Below are positions 52,701-64,000 of a stretch of DNA of 64,000 nt, in pieces. The notes under the pieces are model-generated. The model was given only the letters and a program-made list of their open reading frames with translations. It was not told the origin of the DNA and did no database searches. Within the stretch, counting starts at the first letter, position 1. Each line of letters begins with the position of its first letter. The DNA is from Octopus sinensis. Taxonomy: Eukaryota. The translations under genes were made by a program, and so were the position numbers. The stretch spans positions 18,612,464 through 18,676,463 of the forward strand of contig NC_043011.1 of NCBI RefSeq assembly GCF_006345805.1, given 5' to 3'.

Positions 52701-54294
52701 AGGTGTGTGCTTCAGCAAGTATACGTTCCACTCTGTTAAAGTACGAAATATTTCTCATTTGAGAGTTTAAATTTTGAAGAGTTCAAACAGACCAACCGGC
52801 ATACTGCAGATATATAGTATGACGAAGAGGGGAAACATATCAAACAAAAATAACAATGATCTGTTAAAAATAACACCACTACTGAACAACATTGCGGAAG
52901 TGCATTTACGATAACAGTAGCAATGGCAAATGCTACTCGATGATGAAGCGAAGTTAAGAAAAATAATATCACCTTTAACATGACCACCACCACAACAACC
53001 GATGTTAAGCTATCAGCTACTACCATAACATTAATAAGAGGGGAAAATATAGGTGTATAACAATAGTAAATAAAGTACTATCAATACAGTCAAAAGCCGC
53101 ACCGCATTTTTTGTAATAGAAAATATTCATATCAGTACTACATATAACACCCTCATTGGCACGAGTTCAATCGCCGGTGGGAATACAGATATATAATCTT
53201 TTACACAAGAATGCGTTGCACGTTGTCATGACAGATCAGCCTTCTGAAATATTTAAGTTATCAGAGACAAGTGTGGGCGAAGAGAAACAATCTTAAGAAA
53301 ACAAAACATTAAATGAGCAACGTTAAGTTTAGCTAGAAAGAACATTCTCGGCGCTGTGAACGTATAGTTTCCTACAGAAACAAAACATAAAACATTCTAT
53401 GTAGTGCTGAAAATGAGAAACTTATCTACTTCCGCCACCAAGCGGGTAAATGAAATGCAACCAATATTCCCACCAAGAATTGTTATTTCTTACTTCACAA
53501 TGCAGTCCTGGGTGAAAAAAAACAATTATCAAAAGTACTGTGTAAGCAACCCAGGAAGACGCTAGTAGGCTATTGCACGGCTACAGGAAAAGAGATTTGG
53601 ATCAGAACGAAAAAAGGTGAGTCAGAAATATATTCCCCTATTCAGCCTATCAAGAGCATACACCTGTTCGTGATTTGAAGGGTAATGTGGTGAGAACACG
53701 TGTTACTCTTGAAGAAAACAGTCTGGAAGTAATAACTATTGTCGATACCCCTTACGCAGGATAACATTAGCTATATCTCGTACCAAGAGATACCTGAACA
53801 ACATCGATATCACTGGCAAAATTAGTTACAAAAGCAGGAAGAATAACAGCAACCTTGGCAGCACCTATAACCTTGACAACGATATATGCATTATAATAGA
53901 CTATCAAAGATGCAGGATGTAATTGTAATAGCAACACATTACAAGTATCACATCTAACACTAAACCCGCAAAAAAGCAGCAAAAGCATACATAGAAATAA
54001 TTAAAACAACAATGGAAACAGAAACAAATTCATGAAGTCCTAAAAGCTATCTTTCTTTTCTTCCGGTTTTTCGAACGTATGAAGAGTACTAGTAAGGAAA
54101 CAGCAGAAATTAAAATTATGGTGTGCGAATTTAACGAGAAAAAGTCAAAGAAGATATTTCAAGGCAGAAGGTGCGGCGGATGTGCATCAGGCACGATCAC
54201 CGCCACTATTAGTACCGACAATATAACAAACAATAAACATACACATCCACAACACTGATACAAAAACATACCTTACAAAGCATTTGGTATTTAA

Positions 54295-54848
<554 letters not shown>

Positions 54849-55484
54849 TACATCATGAAAAAATAATGACAGTACAGTTTCAAAATTCATGCAAAAATTA
54901 TGAAAAACTACAGGTTATTTAGGTGTGTATTTCTGTACAGACATATGACTGTCAACCCCTTCATTAAAGACTTCAGCTGTCAACATCACTTCGTTTAAGC
55001 TTACTATACTTACATTAAATAAGCGTGATTTTACATTGATTATCTATTTCTAGTAGTTCTAGTGACCACAAAGAATTAAATGTATTATATAATTTCTAAA
55101 AATATACCAGTCTCGTAGAAGAATCTGTTGTTAAAATGAAATTATTCCAAGGCCTAATCTCTTCGACATACAAGTCATTTGAAGAGCATCGTATTTGTCA
55201 ACGTGGCGGTCTTGTAACTAAAGTTGTCAATAACTATCGTTCTAGAGATAATTATTATTTCAGACATTCGCAATTAATTTCCTAGGTTAATTGTTACCAG
55301 GAAAATAAATGAAAATAATAATAAATTGATAAATAACGGTAATCATTGAGCAAAATGAAAGTTGCAGGATGTTATTTTGAAATAACTTATATACATAATG
55401 ACAGAAATAGATATTCACATATATCACCAGAATATATCTATATATATTAATGCGCACGCACAAACACCGCACTAACACAGACAC

Positions 55485-55556
<72 letters not shown>

Positions 55557-58500
55557 TATATCTTAAATAATCTATGTCCCACATCAAAGTATTTGCCACA
55601 CTGAAGGAATCGACGTTCCTTGTGGGCAAATCTGCCTTCTATCTCTTAAAGAATATTACTTCAGTTCCTAAGGCAATTTCAGAATGAGATGAGAATATTT
55701 TCCCTCTATCCGGTCAAGGTTGAATGAAAGTGAATGTGAGAGGACATCTGCGTTCAACCGATTTTTAAGACAGAAGAATTTGCGACGTAAAAGATATCTT
55801 ATCTCTCGAATAACTTCACCACCTTGCAATGCAGTCTAATACGAAATGTTGGAGCAGAGGTGAATATATAAAACATTACTTGTTAGAGTGCAAGTAGTTT
55901 AGAGCAGAAAAAATTGCTGAAGACCTTATCCTGTTCAGCTCCCTTTAGAACTACTCATTAATCTGTAATCCGTATATGCAAACGCATATATAGCTGTGTG
56001 GGAGCGCGCAAACCAGTCTTTTTGTTTGTCATATGTGTAAATGGATATGTGATTTTGTCCCATTAACTTGATTTCAATTGTGGAAACGAACAAGATCTTG
56101 AATATAAATATTCTGTCAAGTAGCTAAGTGTTTTTTCCCCAACACCCGAATACGTCTTCTTCTCCGAAATTACAATGACTTTTCCACATAGTTAAACTCC
56201 TGCTTCATAGTAACTTTTTTTGTATTCTTCAATGTTTCTTTCTTGTTTATTGCAATCATTATTTTCTAAACATGTGGAATAGCATATTTTTTTCATATTT
56301 CACTATGATTAGTGCTGTCAGTTCCATTTCATTGAAAGTATAGTATATTGCCGTGTGTTTATGAAAGCTATAGCTATATATTTCTTTTATGGAGAGCAAT
56401 CAAATGTACGGTTGAATATGATACAATTTCTAACTGAAACAAACTTTGCCGATTAGAGGCGTGCTTCTCTTACAAGCAGCCATAAATGTGAAAGCTGTTA
56501 GATTCTCCCTTACGAAGAATAGGTCTTTGAACAAGGTAGCAAGGCGTTTGAAGAATTATTTAGAAGGTAGTGATTAATTTTAGCTTGGTGGAGAACTTAA
56601 TTCTTATGTCTCATTGTGTTTATTATGTTTTCTTCTATACATATCTTAATAATACTAAAACTTTACATGTTTATAAGTACCCGAAATAGCTCAGCGATAG
56701 TATATCTTATCTTAATTAATATTTGCATATTTATGTTCATACTTACTTTCGGCAGTGCAGTAAAAATCTTTGTGATATTTGAACATCTATTTATTCATGA
56801 AAACGATTAAACACAATTTTTGTTTGTTATTTCTTGACGAAAACAAGCATGACTTCATTGACATCAACACAGATACGCACATACAGACTACACACATATA
56901 TAATGAATGTCATGTCATTTCAATCAACACAAACACACGTCCGCAATCTGTGACATATATGCATACATAATGTGTGCGATCTCTAAGAAGGAACGTCAAC
57001 TTTTTGACGTACACAATATTTTAATCATTTAGAAATATTTTAAACAGAATGTGATTTGAAAACTGTAAATTGTTTGTGCAGTAATTATTTATATTTTAGC
57101 TTTCTTTAAACATATAATATTTTTATGTTTTTGTTAATTATTGTCAAGTGAATAGAGATCTTTCGTTTTGATCTCAGTACTGTCACCTGGAGTTCTTTCA
57201 TTTCCAGAAAAAAAAACTATTTATTTATTTACTTTTGTTTTAAATGAAAGAGAAGAGACTGTGAAAACTGTATATACGGCTGTATGAAATAGACGTGTGT
57301 TTGTGAAAGAGAGAGAGAGAAGAGTGTATGAGAATGAGAGAGAGTAAGAGAGAGATGAAGAAGGAGAGAGAAAGAAAAAGAGAGAAATAGAGGGAAAGAA
57401 GAGAGAGAAAGAGAGAGTGAGTGAAGGGGTGTGCTGTCGTGTATACGTACATACATCTGTGTATATGCGTACATCTCTTTTGTATGTACGCGTGCATGTG
57501 TATGTGAGATAGAGAGAGTGCGTGAACGTGCGTGCTCTCATGTATGTGTAAGTGAATCTCTCCCTCCCTCAGACACACATACGCACGTCCATTTCATATA
57601 AATCTTCATACCGCTTTCATTTTCTCCTCTCTTTCACTTTAAAACAAAAGCAAATGATAAAAACATTACGGAAATTAACGAACAAAACTAGCTGAAGTGG
57701 ATAACACGTCTGCGAGTCAAAGCGAAGGATCGCCCCAAGAGAATACTATTACTAATATTTTTTGGAGAGCATTCAACGTATCTCAGCACCAAAGGTTTGG
57801 TTTCTATTTCTAGAACGCCCTGCTACACGTAACAGATAATTGCGATAAAGGACCTGAAATACCTTTTACGTGGTGGCAGGCAGCTCGTGCAAGAAATAGC
57901 AGCCAAATCTTTCTTTTTTGGGGTAAAATAGCCGTTTATACGTGATTTCGGTGTCACATTCGTTGAAAGCATGCGAAATAGGCTGGAAAAGAAAAAGAAA
58001 CCGAAACAAATAGTGTTGCTAGGGAACTCAGTTTTTCCAGGTGACCTATGGTGTCAAGGGTAGTCTAGTAACATAAAAACAACATAAACGAATTTGACTT
58101 CATTCAAAAATAATGTGAAATAATTATCTCTTTAGTGGAACCATCAGATATAAATATATGGTAACATACGTCTGAAGATCATGAAATATAACAGTCTATA
58201 CATTTTTTTCACTGGAGCTGAACTGACAATTTTAATGGAGAAGATTATAGGAAATACGAAGTAATTTTCATATTACATTAGATGAAAATATGTAGAGTAT
58301 TATGTCACATGAATGGTTCCTTAGTTTCAACCTTATGCGAAATGATATATGAACTTCGTATATGTGGGAATAGTTTAATGCATTTGTACATCAAAATGTA
58401 ACTTAGACATTATTGGCTTAGAATTTCACATCACTGATATTGAAAACTATTTAGTAATTCATGTAGACAATTTTCAGTTTTGATGTTCTGAAAATTAGTA

Positions 58501-60079
58501 CATATTTTTTCTATAGCTGTAATAACTTAACTTCACATACGGTATTACGCTCTCTATACAAAATCTAAACATTGATATTTGATATGTTTTATACATTCTT
58601 ATCAAACACATCTCTTTTTCGTTATAACCTCGAACACTCATTTATTTTACTTATCAATCAATATCATATATGACCTACAAATATTGTTAACACAATTCCA
58701 TACATTTTCAGTCTGTTGAGCTACATTTATACTTTTTGAAATCTAGTAAATTCATTTTCGTCTTGCAGCTAAGCGTTGAGGTAATTGATTTATGCTTTTT
58801 AGAAAACCACATATATATACATTCAAAAACTTTTAACCCTTCAGAATAAATGTTGTTCAAAGGACATTAAGGAAATAAATCCTCATATGAGAATTGAAAT
58901 ATGCCTAAGAGTCACGCATCATTTCAACTAGCAACGTGACATGATAGTATAAAATGTAAAAGCAATGGACTCTGTGCAAATAGATGTTAAGATATACATC
59001 ATAATTATCGCTAGGGTTAACAAGTGAAACTGAAACTGAAACTAGCAGTTTCACCCAAATCGTTGTTCCATTCTTAGCAATATTTACCTACAATAGATAT
59101 CAAAGCATTTATTCATTTACTAGCATTCAATGAATCTCATTCATAATATCAACCACAGTTACGTTTTTAGTGAAAACAAAATGCCCAATGTCCTTGAAGT
59201 TAAAATAACGAAGTTGATTCTCCTCTGACACTCTACATCAATGTTAACCAGGAGATTTAACGTATAGTCTTCTGATATATTCCGATAGCTCTGAAATAAA
59301 TTACTTCGCTCATCTCTGTACTAAAGTGTATATTTTCTGCAGTCTTTTGTACATAGAGCCTGTAGGTACGGAATGTGACATAGGAAAAACATAGATGTTC
59401 TAAACGATACTTCTAAATTCTATTCATGAGCAATGTTGATTTATACGTTAGAATATATAACTGCACCAAGTATAAGGCGAATTCGTAGATTTTAAATTGT
59501 ATCTTTAAGTATGTCCGATATCAGTTTTTATTAAGCAGAATTGTCTCTCATACTGACTAAGATGTCTAGTTTTACATTTATCACTATATATATTTATCAT
59601 AGTGTCTGCATGTGTGGAATTATATAATAGTTAGTTACTAGAAATAGTTCAGTCGTTCTGGGGGGAAAATGGAAACAACCTTTTTCATCTAGATATCTGA
59701 AACATAACCAAAGTATGTGATGCTAATTTTTATATCTCTAATGTTTTCATTCTTACCTGAGTTTGAATACATTTATGAATAGATAATACAGTCAATGAAA
59801 ATGGACAAGCCACATCTAAAAATATCTGACTACTGTCCAAATACTTATTGATTTATGACTAGAAATTAAATTAGCCTTTTTACAATAAATCAGCTAATTA
59901 AATAAAAGTAAAAGAAAAAGGATATTTATATTCAGATACATTACAAAGAATAGACAAGACATGACTGTCTAAAATTCAATGTCTAGTTCCGTCACCAAAT
60001 TTGCCAGCTGCTGCATAATATTAATTTTTAAAACGATTTTAAATGCCTAGTTCATATTTGCAAACTTCAATTACAGATT

Positions 60080-60620
60080 CATTGCGTTAGGTTGTCATTC
60101 AGAAGCTAAATATGTGCAATAAAACGCTACTTGTTTGGAAACAGATTGGTGTTGTATCCTTAAATACATTTTAGGTGTATGAATAGATTTGTTATCAATC
60201 TTCTTTGACCTACCCATTGGAGAATTAGAAGGTTTGCTCTGGCCCCTACTCTTCTTTTTGGGAAGAGTAGCCAGTGCAAACTTCCTCTGTTGATTTGATG
60301 AGGCTCCTGTAGACTTCTTCAATGTTCTCTGCATCTATTTCAGGAGTAGACAAAGATTGAAATTTGTTATATGCCTCAATAGTAAATTGCTTGGACATAT
60401 CGGGGTTAGACGAGACTTCCTCCCAGTCGATCGCTTTCATCGGGTGAGGCTTAGCTTTTTTGCATGAGCGAAGACTAAGCTTAACGGTAGCTGAAACAAT
60501 TCTGTGATCGGAGCCCAGAGAAATAAAGGAAGAGTAGGATCTCGAGTCTTTGACACTATTGCGCCCCTTCTTTCGAAAAATGAGGTAGGGAATTTCTGCC
60601 CTGTCAGAAAAGACTATGGC
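60080..60620 (-). mobile_element. RTE LINE fragment (end of APE endonuclease plus linker)
   Basis: Minus strand YLIFRKKGRNSVKDSRSYSSFISLGSDHRIVSATVKLSLRSCKK...IDWEEVSSN, containing the APE SDH motif. Confidence 0.85.
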
Positions 60621-61885
60621 CTATCCATATTCCCATGCCATAAATAATACACATTGGTCATCAGTTAAATTGGAGCGGATGAAACAATGTGTGCTTTTAG
60701 GACTTCTAAACACCCAATTTTTAAAGAATGCACAGGGCTACAATTTATCTAAAATTGTCTTCGCTGTTCCATATAAATTTACTGATGTCAGTCCATAATC
60801 GGATTGGTTTTAGCAACTCATCAGAAAAATGTTGGTAAATCACTTATGAAAATAAGTAACAGTCACGATCATTATAAAAATCAGAAGTAGTCCCCTAATA
60901 TACATGTGTGCTTGTTAGTTTTGTTTTTACGTGAGGGATGGTTTTTGTGTATTTTTGTAAGTTTGCATTCAAAGAACATTTTTAATTATGTCATCTAATG
61001 ACGTGTCTCAACTGCTGCCTCAAAGATGTTTCCGCACTTTCTAGCGTGGATGGGGTGAGATGTTTTGCAACAGAGGATGATTTTTCACACAATGTTAGTC
61101 ATATTCCAACATTTGCTCTGATAGTCAGCGATATAAAACGGTGGATAGTGTGTCATAAACATTGATATATTATTCAAATCAAGATTTATGGCTTAGCAGT
61201 AAAATTCCTGACAGCGTACCAAATGATGTCTATAACCCCACAATATCAGAACGAAAGATGATATGACAACCCATCGAATTGTACTACTTCTTATGAATTG
61301 CGTGTTCCCATTTGTAAAGAAATTAAACACACACACACACATTCCTATATATATATGCATATACATAGACACATATAAATACCAAAAAATTTCATTTGCT
61401 CATGCTAATATATGTTTGAACGGTTCTATAATAAACTCATGATTTCGAGGCACCTAGAGTTAACATAAACTCTACATTTACAATCCGTATGGCAATCGAG
61501 ATTCCACAAATTCCAAACGGGAGATGTGTTACACTCCGCGTTGCTGTAATCCAAATTCCAGAACCTACTTATTTACAGTGGAAGAAGAAACTACAAGTTT
61601 CAGAGAAAAATTAAAGAGAAAATAATATCTTTCTCAATGAGATAAAAAAAAAAAGGAAAAAATAGATATGTAATAGATGTCTTTCCAGTTAATATTGGAC
61701 CAACGCTGGAAAGAAATCATCAGAATATAAAATTGTATATGGTACAAAAGAACGTGTTTGATTGCTATTCCTACTAAAGATCAAATATTTCTTATATTTA
61801 AATTGGGATATATTCAGGCAGCGTGCCAATAATGGCTAAATACATGCACACACACATACACACACATACACACAGGGATATATAT

Positions 61886-61944
<59 letters not shown>

Positions 61945-62025
61945 GTATATATATATATATATATACATATATATACACACATATATATATACATATATAT
62001 ATGTGTGTATATATATACATATTTA

Positions 62026-62063
<38 letters not shown>

Positions 62064-63187
62064 TAGATAGATAGATACATATATATATATATGTATGCGT
62101 ATATGTGTGTATGTGCTTGTGTGTGCTATATGGCTGTATGGATGAATACATATTTGTTGACAGAATACGTGCCAATACTGTTTTGTTAGCAAAATATAGA
62201 CGATTTACTTTCTCCTTGATTTCGGCAATTTAATTTTCACAGCGAATAAATGAAAATAGTGGGTATTATTGTAGCAATGAATAAAATAAAATAAAAAAAC
62301 ATTGATTATTTTTGTATGAGTGTTCAGTGTCGAATCACGTATCACATCTCTTTCACGCGAAGGTCAAGATGTCAACAACTAAAATTTAAAAAATTAAAGT
62401 GGTGCAACTAAACAAATGTAAATCTACTAATAATTTTAACTTTCAGTACACGGAAAGTTTTCTGTATATGAATCTAAACAGATAGCAATAAAATCGAATA
62501 ACATTTCTACCAGAAGGAACCATTGGGAAAGACAGCACCTGTCCTCATTATATACGCTGTTATAATTATACTGACAGTTATGGTGGTGTTGGTGTTGGTA
62601 GTGTTTGTGGTGTTGCTGTTGGTGTTGGTGGTGGTGGTGGTGGTGGTGATAATGATGACGAGGTAGATGATGTAAATTTTAATGATGGTAATGCTAGCGA
62701 ACATGACGAAGGTGTTGATGGTGACGACGGATACTAGAAGCAATGTAACATATATTATAATGAAAATCGTGGTGATGATATTGACGATGATAGAGAATTT
62801 AACACTCTAAATAATCTTAGCAACCCCAGTTATTTGAGTGGATACTTTTGACTAAAATCCTCCAAGGAGGTGCACCGACGTGGCCACATGATAGTGGCTG
62901 AAACAGTTAAAATAAAAACAATAAAAGAAATAGAAACGTTGGAGAGAAATGCTCTGATGTGAAGATGAGCGATTTTTTAAGTGTAAGCCATTTTTTTAAA
63001 TGTGGGCCATGAGAAACTTCCTTCTTTTAGATGTTTCACATTGCTGTTTATTCAATTGAACCAAACCGTCATCTACTATTCTCTTCGTTCCCGAGATCAA
63101 CAAATATTGAAATAATACGTTTAAAAAAATTGTATGTAATGAAATATTGCATACAATATCATAATCAACATCATTACCATGATTTTA

Positions 63188-63266
<79 letters not shown>

Positions 63267-63443
63267 CCTTATCATGTTCCTGTTACAAAAGACTGTATAT
63301 ATGTAATGTAGCAATTTGTAACAACCAATAATTAACGCAACCAAATTTCTACATGTTGCTTTTGACAATCTTTTTCCAAAGAGTGAAACCGGTAAAGTAA
63401 ATAAGCAACTTTTAAATTGCATTATCAATCCTTCTTTCGATAT

Positions 63444-63507
<64 letters not shown>

Positions 63508-64000
63508 GCATATACATATAGGACGGCGAACAGGTTTTTATGTCTATCCTCATGTTAACTAATAACGATATATCATATAATATTCAGTTTTGAATGTACG
63601 TTCAATGAGTCGATAGCCTCAATTTCACTTCTTCATGACACTTAGACAGAAAATATTTTGAATAAAATTGTACATATATTGCCAAATATTGTTTTGGATT
63701 TTTTGAAAGAACGTGAGGTTTATAAACTATACAGAGCAGAAGGCTAATAATCAACTGATACAAATTAACTGCATGAGTTGACTGATCTGAAATATTGATG
63801 TAAAATGCTCCTCTTATTATTTAAATCACTGACGTATTTTTACAGTTGTTCTAATGACATTTCAGAAATAGGTCCATCGAAAATGTAATGTTTCTAATAT
63901 GTATGATGCTATGAAGACGTAACACGTAAAGGAAGCAAATGTTTTCATATGTACGCTGATATGAAAAGGAAATATTTACTTTGAATTAGTTCAACAGCAG

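Noticed and set aside
57685-57832. Open frame LAEVDNTSASQSEGSPQENTITNIFGEHSTYLSTK with a possible donor
   Set aside because: Weak acceptor and no recognisable family; needs RNA-seq.

Overview
AT-rich, microsatellite-saturated animal genomic DNA. The SINE, Penelope and microsatellite content looks like an octopus genome; this is inferred from recalled repeat families, not from a search. I could not support any host protein-coding exon: the window looks intergenic or deep-intronic, and most listed ORFs are translations of (TA)n/(CA)n/(ATT)n repeats. It contains decayed transposons (three Penelope-like GIY-YIG fragments, R4/Dong and RTE LINE fragments, mariner, maT/DD37D-like, a MULE, a probable Helitron) and many tRNA-derived SINEs. 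The most striking structure is about a dozen type I hammerhead-ribozyme motifs in at least four sequence families. Three look catalytically intact (172-264 +, 30487-30540 -, 46851-46949 +). Most sit in short ORF-less elements whose 3' ends lie at or near (TA)n tracts, often with inverted or tandem partial copies of that 3' end, i.e. a Penelope pLTR / retrozyme-like architecture. All folds were paired by eye and element boundaries are approximate.
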